A stretch of 64,000 nucleotides of DNA from Fibrobacteria bacterium (GCA_037447435.1 JBBIGR010000008.1:1-64000); one strand, 5' to 3'. Positions 29,122 to 39,302 are shown, numbered from the stretch's first letter. Notes: generated by a model from the letters alone, not told the origin. Program-made: numbers and translations.

Positions 29122-29766
29122 ATGGACCAATTTCTTCAGACAATTGCCACGTTTTTCCGAGACGGCGGTTTCTGGATGTATCCGATTGTCGCGACCTCCG
29201 CATTCGCGCTCGCGGTCGTCATCGAACGCGCTTTTTATTATTATATTCGGTCCAGGATAAACGCCAAGGCATTACTGACGCAAGTGACGCGATTGGTACG
29301 GAACGGAGAAACTGAAAAAGCAAGGCAATTATGCTCCAAAATGAAGACGCCGCTGGCCATGATCGTCGAAAGCGCATTATGGCATTACGTCCAAAACGAA
29401 TCGGACCAGGAAATCCAGAACGCGGTCGACGAGATTGCCTTGAGGGAATTACCGAAAATACAGAAGAGAACGCATTACCTTTCCCTTTTTGCAAACCTTG
29501 CGACATTGCTCGGGCTGTTGGGTACTATTTTCGGACTTCAGTCGCAGTTCGCGGCACTTGCCACGGCGGATCCTTCACAAAAAGCAGCCATGTTGGCCGG
29601 TGGTATCGCCATAGCGCTGAATACGACCGCGTTCGGAATTTTGGTCGCGGTCATCTGTATGGTCGCGTTCTCGGTTTTAGGGTCAAAAGCCAATACGATC
29701 ATCGAAGAAATCGATGAAAGTTCGGTCCGATTGCTTAATTTCCTTTTTTCACAGCGCAGGCAGTAG
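29122..29766 (+). CDS. MotA/TolQ/ExbB proton channel (AglR-like)
   Basis: GGFWMYPI, ATLLGLLGTIFGL, GIAIALNTTAFG. Confidence 0.93.
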   Translation: MDQFLQTIATFFRDGGFWMYPIVATSAFALAVVIERAFYYYIRSRINAKALLTQVTRLVRNGETEKARQLCSKMKTPLAMIVESALWHYVQNESDQEIQNAVDEIALRELPKIQKRTHYLSLFANLATLLGLLGTIFGLQSQFAALATADPSQKAAMLAGGIAIALNTTAFGILVAVICMVAFSVLGSKANTIIEEIDESSVRLLNFLFSQRRQ

Positions 29767-29780
29767 AGCGGGAATAATAC

Positions 29781-30305
29781 ATGCCACAGTATGTAGACAA
29801 TAACAAGGAAAAAGACGACCCGTCGAAAAAGGCGTTTCCCGCAACGAAACGCGCGAACAAGTCGCTGTCCAAAGACGTGGAAATGATCGACATCGATCTG
29901 ACGCCTTTTATGAACATATTCATGGTGCTGGTGCCGTTCCTCGCAGTAATGGCGGTTTTCACCAAAATTGCGGTATTGGAATTTTCATTGCCTCCGGCTC
30001 AGGTCGAAGGCGTGGGCGCGAATATGCCGGGCAAAGACCTCGATGTCTCTATTGTCATTACCGACGAAGGGTATCGAATCGTGGGCACCGGCAAAAAACT
30101 CGACATCATCCCTAAAGTCAAGGGACAATATCAATTGGACCAGCTACGGGCATTGCTTAAAGCGATAAAATTCGAATATCCCTCCCAGAAAAGTCTGGTA
30201 CTTGTTCTGGCTCCGGATGTTTTATACGATGACGTCATTCATTTCATGGACGTTTGCCGGGAATCGCAGTTTCCCGACATCGGCCTTTCAGGGGAAATAC
30301 GATGA
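29781..30305 (+). CDS. ExbD/TolR family protein (AglQ-like)
   Basis: DLTPFMNIFMVLVPFL TM segment; VLYDDVIHFMDVCR. Confidence 0.88.
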   Translation: MPQYVDNNKEKDDPSKKAFPATKRANKSLSKDVEMIDIDLTPFMNIFMVLVPFLAVMAVFTKIAVLEFSLPPAQVEGVGANMPGKDLDVSIVITDEGYRIVGTGKKLDIIPKVKGQYQLDQLRALLKAIKFEYPSQKSLVLVLAPDVLYDDVIHFMDVCRESQFPDIGLSGEIR

Positions 30306-30628
30306 GCTTGAAGCTGAAAATGAAAAAACATAATGATATCCCGATCCTGGTTCTGTCGGGTGACGCAGTTGGGCAGGATGTCAGCAAAGTGGCGGAAAAA
30401 ATAGAAAGCCTGATTAAAAGCGGCGCAATGAAGATAGCAATTGACTGTGAAGAGCTCGATTCGATAGACAGCCACGGCCTCGGCATGTTCGTTTTTTCAT
30501 GGAAACTGATGGAAGCGCAAAAACGCAAGCTCGTTTTCCTCAGTCCCAGCGAGTTCATTAGAAATCTGTTTGAAGGCGCGAACCTTCACCGGGTTTTCAC
30601 CATTGTCGCATCGGTCGAGGAATTATGA
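30302..30628 (+). CDS. STAS domain protein (anti-sigma factor antagonist type)
   Basis: LSGD, IAIDCEELDSIDSHGLG, IRNLFEGANLHRVF; ATGA overlaps with both neighbours. Confidence 0.9.
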   Translation: MSLKLKMKKHNDIPILVLSGDAVGQDVSKVAEKIESLIKSGAMKIAIDCEELDSIDSHGLGMFVFSWKLMEAQKRKLVFLSPSEFIRNLFEGANLHRVFTIVASVEEL

Positions 30629-31143
30629 GCTTTCCCGCATCGAAATCAAGCATGAAACGGGTGCGGAAATCGCGCATGAAAAAGGAATTGAAGTCGGTCA
30701 AGCCGCAGATGACTTCGTTGATCGATTTGATGACCGTAATCATAATTTTCCTTTTGCAAAGTTTCTCGACCGAAGGGCAGATCATCAGCGTCTCGAACGA
30801 TCTGGCGCTTCCCAAATCGACGGCGAAAAAAACGCCGGAACTCAATGTCAATATCGTCGTGACAAACAAGTACATCATGGCCGAAAATGAAAAGCTTGTC
30901 AATATAGAAGAGGTTTTGTCCAACGACGAGCTGGTGGTGCCGCAACTGTACGATTGGCTGGGCGAGCGCCGCAAACTGACGGAAAACATCGCGTTGTATA
31001 CCACGAAGACCACGTTCAAGGGGAATGTGACGATTCAGGGGGACAAGCGCATTCATTTCCGGTTGTTGAAGAAAATCATGTATACGTGCGGTCAGCAGGG
31101 ATTCAATAATTTTGCATTGGCTGTGGAATCTACAAGCGAGTAG
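30625..31143 (+). CDS. ExbD/TolR family protein (AglS-like)
   Basis: TSLIDLMTVIIIFLLQSFS, LPKST, IQGDK...LLKKIMYTC. Confidence 0.9.
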   Translation: MSFPASKSSMKRVRKSRMKKELKSVKPQMTSLIDLMTVIIIFLLQSFSTEGQIISVSNDLALPKSTAKKTPELNVNIVVTNKYIMAENEKLVNIEEVLSNDELVVPQLYDWLGERRKLTENIALYTTKTTFKGNVTIQGDKRIHFRLLKKIMYTCGQQGFNNFALAVESTSE

Positions 31144-31172
31144 ATTCATCAATCCTTAAGCGAGCGAATGAA

Positions 31173-32243
31173 ATGGAACGCGAAGGAAATATAATCGTGG
31201 TGGGCGGCAGAAGTGCCGCGGTCGATGCCGCACTGTTACGGTCGGTACGGGGTTCGTTTTTCTCCAAAACCGATTTGCGATTCGTCGTCATCGCGATTTT
31301 GTGCGTGGGTTTGCATGTCGGCGTGCTCAGCGGCTTCAGGCTTGTGAAAATCAAGCATACAAAAGTAAAGTCGATCGAGGAAATTCCCGAGCGTCTGGCG
31401 AAACTCATCGTCGAAAAGCCGATTCCGAAAATCGACAAGAAAAAAAATGAAGCAGCCGCGCAGACAAAAACGGCAACCGAAACTCCCGGGGCGCAGGAAA
31501 CGGCCAAACAGCAGGAGGCAACCCCGTCAAGCGGTTCCGCGCCAATTACAAAAGAGAAGGCGATGGCCCGCAAGGCGGTTGACGCCCAGGTGGCGCGCAC
31601 GGAGCAGAAAATGCGGACCGTCGGCGTCCTGGGCATGCTTACCGGAATGGGAACCACGGCAAAGGGCCCGGCAGTGGTCGATGTGCTCGGATCCGCAATG
31701 AACAATCACAAGGAAAAGTTTCAGGATCTGGACAAGGCGCTTGAAAACGTGACCGGCCTGCAGCAAACGCAGAATGTCGAGGTTTTACAAAAAAAGTTGG
31801 TTAAAAGCAAAGATGTGGAAATCGCGCATAAAGAGAACATAGACGATCTGATTGCCGGAATCAAAACTGCAAAGACCTCGGAACTGACGAAAAAAGGCGA
31901 TATCGTAATATCCCGTCCGCAAAGTATCGAAGGGGCGGCATCGTCGAATGCCAAACGCGATATTGCGGCAATCAACGACATTGTTGCGACGCATAAGACC
32001 AGCATCAGGATGAGTTATGAGCGGTATCTCAAGCGGGCGCCCGATTTGGCGGGAAAAATCACCATACGTTTTACCATAGACGCCTCGGGAGGGGTGAGCC
32101 GCGTGGAGATTGTTGAAAATACGACCGGCAATAAGGAACTCGAAGATGAAATAGTACGGAAGATCGGCATGTGGAGATTTGAGGCCATTAACGAGGGCGA
32201 TGTCACGGTTACGTATCCGTTCGTATTTCAGCCGGCATCCTAA
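31173..32243 (+). CDS. TonB-like energy transducer with AgmX/PglI-type C-terminal domain (GltG-like)
   Basis: Single TM; PERLAKLI, GVLGML; low-complexity linker; YERYLKRAPDLAGKITIRFTI...WRF...VTYPFVF. Confidence 0.85.
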   Translation: MEREGNIIVVGGRSAAVDAALLRSVRGSFFSKTDLRFVVIAILCVGLHVGVLSGFRLVKIKHTKVKSIEEIPERLAKLIVEKPIPKIDKKKNEAAAQTKTATETPGAQETAKQQEATPSSGSAPITKEKAMARKAVDAQVARTEQKMRTVGVLGMLTGMGTTAKGPAVVDVLGSAMNNHKEKFQDLDKALENVTGLQQTQNVEVLQKKLVKSKDVEIAHKENIDDLIAGIKTAKTSELTKKGDIVISRPQSIEGAASSNAKRDIAAINDIVATHKTSIRMSYERYLKRAPDLAGKITIRFTIDASGGVSRVEIVENTTGNKELEDEIVRKIGMWRFEAINEGDVTVTYPFVFQPAS

Positions 32244-32261
32244 AACGATAAGGGATTTACT

Positions 32262-33158
32262 ATGGTTAAAAAAGCGGCAATGATTTGTTGTACGCTGCTT
32301 GCGTTTTTTACGCCCGCGCTTGGGGCGATTATAAAAAGCGGCGACGTTCTTGACATAGTGGTACAGGGGCATCCGGAATTTTCCGGGAATTTCACCGTAA
32401 CAGAGACCGGGACCATAGAGTATCCTCTTTTGGCCGATGAGGTCGTGACCAACATCACCACATCGGAACTCATGAATGATTTGACCCTGAAATTAGCCAA
32501 GCATATCGATAATCCGTTGGTCATTATTGCCGTTTTGGAAAAACCTCCCATGGTTGTTTTTGTGCTGGGCCAGGTTAAAATTCCGGGACCGGTCAAGACC
32601 TATTTGGGTTCAACGCTGCAGGAAGTCCTGCAATTGGCGGGCGGTCCCCTCGAGACCGCGAACATCGAACGGGTGAAAATCATCCATAAGAATTCTCCTG
32701 AAGAAAGTGCTGAATACTACAATTTGAAGGAATTCATGAAAAACGGTACATTGGGCAATTTGCCGAAACTGAAGCCCGACGATACCGTCATTTTGCTTGC
32801 CTCCGAAAAATCGAGCAAGGTGAAAGTCATCGGAGCGGTGAATAAGCCCGGGTTTTTCGATTTGCCCGAAAAAATGAATCTCTTCGAACTCATTTACTTG
32901 GCAGGGGGACCGTCGGAACACGGCGATTTGTCGAAGGTGCGCCGCTTTACCCAGGCAAACGGGAAAACCGTGGAAGAAGTGATCAATATACAGTCGTATC
33001 TGGATAAAGGCGAAATGGAAGGCATACCCCAGGTCGTGCCCGGCGATATCGTCATCGTGTATGCGCGATGGTACGATTGGCAAATGATATTGAGCGTCCT
33101 TAACAACGTACTGCTTTTCGTGGTTGCCGTGCAGGCACTTTCAGGAGTGTTAAAATAG
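32262..33158 (+). CDS. wza: Polysaccharide export protein (OPX/Wza-like, Poly_export + SLBB domains)
   Basis: GDVLDIVV...GTIEYPL, VLGQVKIPG...LAGG, VIGAVNKPG...LAGG, PGDIVIV; C-terminal hydrophobic helix. Confidence 0.85.
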   Translation: MVKKAAMICCTLLAFFTPALGAIIKSGDVLDIVVQGHPEFSGNFTVTETGTIEYPLLADEVVTNITTSELMNDLTLKLAKHIDNPLVIIAVLEKPPMVVFVLGQVKIPGPVKTYLGSTLQEVLQLAGGPLETANIERVKIIHKNSPEESAEYYNLKEFMKNGTLGNLPKLKPDDTVILLASEKSSKVKVIGAVNKPGFFDLPEKMNLFELIYLAGGPSEHGDLSKVRRFTQANGKTVEEVINIQSYLDKGEMEGIPQVVPGDIVIVYARWYDWQMILSVLNNVLLFVVAVQALSGVLK

Positions 33159-35356
33159 TGGAAAAAGATCAATCTATTTTGTCGAGCTTGCAGAAATTCA
33201 AAAGCGGCACCCAAGTCAAGGATTATGTCGCTATTATCATCCATAGGCGATGGATCATCATCCTGTCGCTTCTCTCGGTCGTATTGTCGACCATGTTTTT
33301 CGTTATGCGCATTCCCGACATATACGAGTCGTTTTCTACCGTCGTATTCGAACAGCAGAATATGATGTTGACGCAGGCGATGAATATGGGGGGCGCATCG
33401 TCGGGCCGTTCGCTCGATTTTTACCAGGGAATACTCAACAGCCGGACGTTTTTGGAAATGGTCGTCGACAGCATCGGCATAGACCGTTTTAAGCCGATAA
33501 TGCAGAAAAACGGCCGTGAAGAAGCCATTGCGTATGTGCAAAAAAGCCTTTCGCTCCGTAATACCGAATTCGCTTCATTCATGAGATTCAACGTGCAGGC
33601 GGCGACCAAGGATTTGGCGTATTTAATGGCGACCGTGGGAACCGACCTGTTCAGAAAACGCTGCCAGGAGGTCGAAACGGAGGAATCGAGGCGATCGGCA
33701 ATCGAACTTGACAAACAATTGAAGCTCATCCGGGAAAAGCTCGAGCTGGCCGAACACGATTATCAAACGTACCGGGAGCTTCGCGGCAATATTTCGGAAG
33801 GAACGACGCCGGAACTGAAGACGTTGACGGAAGCGTACGGGTCGAGCGTGGCGCAGCTCGGCCTGAAGGAAGCCGACCTTAATGCCGAACGCAAGCAACT
33901 GGAAAAAATGGAAGGGACCATGACGCCGCCCGAGACCGAACGGGCGCCCGAATTCTTAAAGCTTCGCTCGCGCCTTCATGAGCTCGAACAGGAGAAAATG
34001 CGTCTGGAAAACCTCGGGATAAAACTGGCGGGCCCTTCGGCCGTGGACAGAGAAATCGACGATTTGGAACGGCAATTGCTGCAGTACAAGCAATCGAAAG
34101 GAAGCCAAAGCGCGAGTGTGGACCCCCGAACCGTCAAGCAATGGCAGGAATTGCGGAAATCCGTTCTTGCAAAAGAAGGGGAAATGGAGCTTTTCAAACG
34201 CAAGTTGGAATCGTATAAGAAAGCCATTTCCAATTACAAACAGAGCAATCCGGACATTCTGGCGCAATCCCTGGAACTCATGCGGTTGCAGCGGTCGCGC
34301 GAAGTATACGAAAATGTTTACAATGTATTATTGCAGAAGTCGGAAGAGGAACGAATGCGCAATGCGTCGAATGCGGCCGGCATCAAGATCGTTGACGTCG
34401 CGCGCATGCCGACGCATCCGATGCCGAAAAACGAGGCGCGGTATTACGCCTTGTGCGTCATCCTTGGCCTGCTTTTGGGCCTCGGCCTTGCGTTTATGCT
34501 CGAATTCAACGACACCACGATAAAATCGAATGAAGACATAGAAAAATTTCTCGCCTTGCCCATACTCGGAACCATCCCGCATATTTCCCATAATAAAAAG
34601 GAAGGGATCGAAATTAAACGGCGGTCTTCCAAATCGAAGAAGCAAACGTCGGTTGTCAATTACCCGCGCCAACTATTGTCGTTTTCCGGCGACGATTCGG
34701 TCATTACCGAATCGTACCGGTCGTTGCGGACTAATTTGACATTTGTGAGTCCCGACAGGCCGCTTCAAACCGCAATACTGACCTCTGCGGGGCCCGGAGA
34801 GGGAAAATCGCTTACCATATCCAATCTGGCGATGGCGTATGCGCAAATGGGGAAAAAGACCTTGCTTATCGATACTGATTTGCGGCGTCCGGTACTGCAT
34901 CACTTGTTCGATTTGAAACGCGACCCGGGATTTTGCGATTTGTTTACCGAGAACCCCGATTATTCTGTTGCCATACGCCCGAGCGGACGGCCGAACTTAT
35001 CCATAATCACGGCAGGCATATTCACGCCGAATCCCGCGGAACTCATCGCTTCTCAGAAAATGATGCAACACATAGAATATTTTAAGAAAAATTACGATAT
35101 CATTTTTTTCGATACGCCGCCGGTGCTTGCGGTCACTGATGCAGCGCTGTTAGGGACGAAGGTCGACGGGGTGATCCTGGTCATAAAGGCCCATCATACC
35201 GATAAGGAAGTCGCGGTCCGTGCGGTAAATTCGGTACAGAACGTGGGGGTCAAGGTTTGGGGCGTTGTGCTCAACGACATTAATCTGACCCATCGGTACT
35301 CATCATACGGCTATTATAAATATTATTATCATTATTACAAATCAAAGACGGATTAA
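33158..35356 (+). CDS. wzc: Polysaccharide co-polymerase / BY tyrosine kinase
   Basis: Two TMs flanking a coiled coil; ESYRSLRTN, GPGEGKS, IDTDLRRP, FDTPP; Tyr-rich tail YSSYGYYKYYYHYY. Confidence 0.95.
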   Translation: MEKDQSILSSLQKFKSGTQVKDYVAIIIHRRWIIILSLLSVVLSTMFFVMRIPDIYESFSTVVFEQQNMMLTQAMNMGGASSGRSLDFYQGILNSRTFLEMVVDSIGIDRFKPIMQKNGREEAIAYVQKSLSLRNTEFASFMRFNVQAATKDLAYLMATVGTDLFRKRCQEVETEESRRSAIELDKQLKLIREKLELAEHDYQTYRELRGNISEGTTPELKTLTEAYGSSVAQLGLKEADLNAERKQLEKMEGTMTPPETERAPEFLKLRSRLHELEQEKMRLENLGIKLAGPSAVDREIDDLERQLLQYKQSKGSQSASVDPRTVKQWQELRKSVLAKEGEMELFKRKLESYKKAISNYKQSNPDILAQSLELMRLQRSREVYENVYNVLLQKSEEERMRNASNAAGIKIVDVARMPTHPMPKNEARYYALCVILGLLLGLGLAFMLEFNDTTIKSNEDIEKFLALPILGTIPHISHNKKEGIEIKRRSSKSKKQTSVVNYPRQLLSFSGDDSVITESYRSLRTNLTFVSPDRPLQTAILTSAGPGEGKSLTISNLAMAYAQMGKKTLLIDTDLRRPVLHHLFDLKRDPGFCDLFTENPDYSVAIRPSGRPNLSIITAGIFTPNPAELIASQKMMQHIEYFKKNYDIIFFDTPPVLAVTDAALLGTKVDGVILVIKAHHTDKEVAVRAVNSVQNVGVKVWGVVLNDINLTHRYSSYGYYKYYYHYYKSKTD

Positions 35357-36232
35357 ATGAAGGAAATTATTCCGGCAAAGACCGTCAATGAAAATTCCCA
35401 TGAATCCGGAATGTGGAAAACAAGGGTTTGCACTGCCTCAAACCCCTTTATACGGGCATATGCGGGATTTATTTCGCTCAAGCGGAAAGGCGTGGCGGAT
35501 CTTTCGCGCGGGGAGTTAAACCCCGGTTTCGTGCTTGATGCTGGGGCAGGTCAGGGCGCATATAGTATTTGGTTTGTTACGGCGAAACCTTCGTTACAGA
35601 GGGTTGTGAGCGTCGATATTTCTTTTTCGGCATTACGCCGGTTACAGAAAAACAGAGACACCTGTAAATTGCAAAATAAGATTTTACCCGTTTGTGCGGA
35701 TGTCATGGCTTTGCCGTTTAAGCATGCCCGGTTTTCCGCGGCGTTCAGCATCGACACGCTCGGGCATGTTGAAAATGCCCGGACCGTTCTTGATGAATTA
35801 TTGCGGACGCTTCGGCAGGGGGCAAACGTTTTTCTGCATAGTGAATGCAACGATTATAAAAACCGCTGGCCCGATCGGATGCTGATTAAAACCCTTGGGA
35901 CAGACAGTGTCGCAAATCTGGATCATCACACGGGAAGCATGAGCTCGCAGGACCTTTTTAAAGCGTATTCGCGCCGCTTCAAAGTATTGTCATTCGTTAA
36001 TCCCGCCGGGTACGCGGGCTGGCTTATCGGATATCCGGAAAAATATCATGTCGCTTTTGCCCTGGCGCACAAGCCGGTATTGTCTTTACTGGTGCGTTTT
36101 TTTGCTTTTGTAAAAAATCTTTGGGGCATCGGCATGCTCCTCCGGCTAAAAAACGCATCGACCAATCATTTGGAAAATTTTTTAGGTCTTACGGGCGGCG
36201 GCTCCTGTTTCGCTCATGTTAAAAAACCATAA
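35357..36232 (+). CDS. Class I SAM-dependent methyltransferase
   Basis: VLDAGAGQG, VDIS, ADVMALPF, TLGHV. Confidence 0.88.
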   Translation: MKEIIPAKTVNENSHESGMWKTRVCTASNPFIRAYAGFISLKRKGVADLSRGELNPGFVLDAGAGQGAYSIWFVTAKPSLQRVVSVDISFSALRRLQKNRDTCKLQNKILPVCADVMALPFKHARFSAAFSIDTLGHVENARTVLDELLRTLRQGANVFLHSECNDYKNRWPDRMLIKTLGTDSVANLDHHTGSMSSQDLFKAYSRRFKVLSFVNPAGYAGWLIGYPEKYHVAFALAHKPVLSLLVRFFAFVKNLWGIGMLLRLKNASTNHLENFLGLTGGGSCFAHVKKP

Positions 36233-36250
36233 TACTCAAGGCCCTGACTC

Positions 36251-37117
36251 ATGGAAAATGCCATTGATGTTATAGTGCCGACGTATGGCCGCTCTTCTTG
36301 CATACAACAATGCGTCGACTCGATTTTGCCGCAACTTGAGGGCAAAGACAATCTTTTCATTATTTGGCAAGGAAAACAAAAGCCAAACATCCGGGAATCG
36401 AAGCAATGCCGTTTGCTTCATTCGTCTCCTCCGAATCTCCCTGTGGCGCGCAATAAAGGCGTTTTGGCCGGTACATCGGATATCATACTGTTTTTTGATG
36501 ATGATGTTGTCGTTAATCCCGGCGTTTTACGGTGTCATAGAAATGCATACATCGATATGTCTATCGGCGCAATCGCCGGCAAGATACTAGACCCCCTTTT
36601 TCCGCAAGGTCAGACAAGACCCGCGTCGTTCGACGAAAAAACAGGTAACCTTGTACAGAGTTTCAATGTCGATCAAAGCCAGTTTTCCATAAGCCTCATG
36701 GGCGCACACATGTCGTTCAAACGGGAGGCATTATTACAAATCGGAAAATTCGACCCCAATTTTACCCGTAATGCGTTGTGGGAAGAAGTGGATGTTGCGT
36801 TCAGGTTACGGCAAAGCGGATATACGATATGGTACTGTGCCGAGGCCGTCGTTAACCACCGTCGCCAATTAGACGGCGGCTGTCGTTCGGATTCGGCGCG
36901 ACAGTATTTGTTTCATCAATTTGCCAATACCGCTTATTTTTCTGCAAGACACGCAAACAGAAAGTATGTAAAATCGTGGCTTCAGTTTTGGATGTATCGA
37001 TTGGAATATGAAACCAGAGGGCACGGTGTCCTGAAGCATTCGCCCGCTAAAGTTGCGTCTGCACTTTTAGGGGCGTTTTGCGGTTTGCTGCGGTATTGGA
37101 TAAAAGGCCGAACATGA
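36251..37117 (+). CDS. GT2 glycosyltransferase
   Basis: VIVPTYGR, ARNKG, FFDDDV, EEVDVAFR. Confidence 0.9.
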   Translation: MENAIDVIVPTYGRSSCIQQCVDSILPQLEGKDNLFIIWQGKQKPNIRESKQCRLLHSSPPNLPVARNKGVLAGTSDIILFFDDDVVVNPGVLRCHRNAYIDMSIGAIAGKILDPLFPQGQTRPASFDEKTGNLVQSFNVDQSQFSISLMGAHMSFKREALLQIGKFDPNFTRNALWEEVDVAFRLRQSGYTIWYCAEAVVNHRRQLDGGCRSDSARQYLFHQFANTAYFSARHANRKYVKSWLQFWMYRLEYETRGHGVLKHSPAKVASALLGAFCGLLRYWIKGRT

Positions 37118-38214
37118 AAATCGCATGGCTTGCACCTATTGACAAAAAATGCGGCATTGCATTTTATGCGAAACACTACGTGGATGTTCTGAAAGGTAAA
37201 GTGGCAATCGTTTTCTGCGATCCGGTTGAATATGTGGAAGACAAAAGGTCGTTTGAAATAAAAATATCCGGTTGCGATTGCGTCCATATTCAATATGAGA
37301 CGTCGTTATTTGCAATGCACAATACTAATTTTTATAGAAAACTGTGCGACGGCATCCGATGCAAAAAAATAGTTACGGTCCATGAAATTTATAAAAACAT
37401 TCCGGCTGTTTTTCCCAAAGAGAGAATAACGGGTTTTGCACCGATTAAAAAAATGAAGGAATTTATATGGGACAAACGCCACCCACATTGGGCATGGTAT
37501 GCAAACCACGAAAAACGGGGTTTCTTTTCGGACAGGATTATCGTGCATTCCCGGTTTCAAAAGGATATACTGCATGACCGTGGGATTTCCGCGGAACGAA
37601 TTTCGGTAATACCGCATCCTATCGCATTGCGAAGTAAAGCAATATCCTCGCAGAAGAACGACGACGTCCTGGTCCTCGGGGCGACCGGTTTTATTAGCGA
37701 CGCGTACGATTACGATCTTCTTATAAAAGCATTACTCCGATTGCCCTGTCCGTGGAAATTTATTTGGATCGGCGGGATACGGAAACCCGGGAACGACGAC
37801 GTCCTTGCCTTATTGCTTAATAAGATTAAATCGCACAATATACAAGACAAATTTATCGTTACCGGCTGGGTGGAAAATGAAGAACGGGAGGCCCGGCTTT
37901 CGGAATTGTCGATCTATTGCGCTTTGTTTAAGGACAGGAGCTCGTCGGGGAGTTTAAGCGATGCGATAGCGGGCGGGAAAACGATTATCGCGACCAGAAT
38001 TCAGTTGACAGAGGAATTGAATGAAACCGCGGGTTTGTTGGAGCTTGTTGACCGAGATCCGAACGATATTGCAAAAACCATCATGGCAATAAATGACGAT
38101 GCAACATTGACAGAGAAGCGTAAAGAAGCCGTTGATACGTATGCCCGGCAACACAGTTACGACGCCTGTGCCGAGAAAACAATCGAGTTGTACAAAAAAG
38201 AAATCTTACGATGA
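37114..38214 (+). CDS. GT4-like glycosyltransferase
   Basis: CGIAFYA, HIQYE, VTVHE, SSSGSLSDAIAGGK; start moved to ATG 37114. Confidence 0.85.
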   Translation: MKIAWLAPIDKKCGIAFYAKHYVDVLKGKVAIVFCDPVEYVEDKRSFEIKISGCDCVHIQYETSLFAMHNTNFYRKLCDGIRCKKIVTVHEIYKNIPAVFPKERITGFAPIKKMKEFIWDKRHPHWAWYANHEKRGFFSDRIIVHSRFQKDILHDRGISAERISVIPHPIALRSKAISSQKNDDVLVLGATGFISDAYDYDLLIKALLRLPCPWKFIWIGGIRKPGNDDVLALLLNKIKSHNIQDKFIVTGWVENEEREARLSELSIYCALFKDRSSSGSLSDAIAGGKTIIATRIQLTEELNETAGLLELVDRDPNDIAKTIMAINDDATLTEKRKEAVDTYARQHSYDACAEKTIELYKKEILR

Positions 38215-39296
38215 GAATTTTATGGGACATGAGATTGTATTCGTACGGCTATGGAACCCGCGGTTGCGGCGTATGGACAAAAGCAATGGCTTTATCCATA
38301 AAAGAATCGGAAACAGATAAAAAGCACGAGATAATCATATGGGGAAATAAGAAACTGGTGCCGCATGAAATTGCTTGTTTGGCAAACAAATGGGTACAGT
38401 ATGAAAAGGGGAGTTGGAAAAGCGACCTTTTTATTATTCCCTATCTTGTATTGCGATATCGCGTAAATATCTTTCATTATTGGATGGCGCTGGGCCCGAT
38501 TTTTAAAATCGGCATGGGTTTATTTCATCCGAATTGCAAAGTCTGTCTCTGCGTATATGATTTGGGGGTCGAGTATTTATCGGCTAACGGCCATTGCGCA
38601 CAAACGCGAGGGTCGGTTTACTGGAAAGTTCAAAAGCGATTGCTTAAGGGGCGCTCGAAAATAATTGCGATATCGGAAAAAACAAAACAAGAACTTTTCG
38701 CCTGGACCAAGGGTAAGAAGCAAAGTACGGTATTGTATATGCCGTTGCCCGATACCGGAAAAAGCGTTTCTGAATTGATTAGTGCAAAAAATGATTCGCG
38801 GTGCAATTCGTTCGTGACGCTCGGGGGCGCCTTGCATAAAAACGTTTCTTTGGTGATCGAAGCCTTTGAACTTTTCCGAAAAGAAAACCCCTGCTTTAGT
38901 CTCCATATATGCGGGACAGTCGAGAAAGAAGAGTTGCCGCAGACGATAGGAAAAACCGTTTTCTTTGAAACCTATTCGACCTATGAATACTATTTAAAAA
39001 ATGCCGCCGCGATTATTGTGGCTTCGACGTATGAGGGCCTCGGAATACCGTTGTTGGAAGCAATGAGGTATTCGTGCCCGCTTATTGCCTCGGATATATC
39101 TGTGTTTCATGAAAGCTGCGGGGACTTCGCGAGGTTTATGAATCCGCGCGATGCGCAAAGCATAGCGGAGGCAATGCAGGACATCGTATTAGCGCCGCAG
39201 AAATGGGCCGACAATTCGGCGCGTGCAATGAACAGATATAGGAAAATGAGCGAAAACGCAGGAAAACAATGGTTGACAACGTACGCCAATTTATAA
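38211..39296 (+). CDS. GT4 glycosyltransferase
   Basis: HKN, YEGLGIPLLEAM, ASDISVFHE. Confidence 0.9.
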   Translation: MRILWDMRLYSYGYGTRGCGVWTKAMALSIKESETDKKHEIIIWGNKKLVPHEIACLANKWVQYEKGSWKSDLFIIPYLVLRYRVNIFHYWMALGPIFKIGMGLFHPNCKVCLCVYDLGVEYLSANGHCAQTRGSVYWKVQKRLLKGRSKIIAISEKTKQELFAWTKGKKQSTVLYMPLPDTGKSVSELISAKNDSRCNSFVTLGGALHKNVSLVIEAFELFRKENPCFSLHICGTVEKEELPQTIGKTVFFETYSTYEYYLKNAAAIIVASTYEGLGIPLLEAMRYSCPLIASDISVFHESCGDFARFMNPRDAQSIAEAMQDIVLAPQKWADNSARAMNRYRKMSENAGKQWLTTYANL

Positions 39297-39302
39297 AGTA
39301 CT

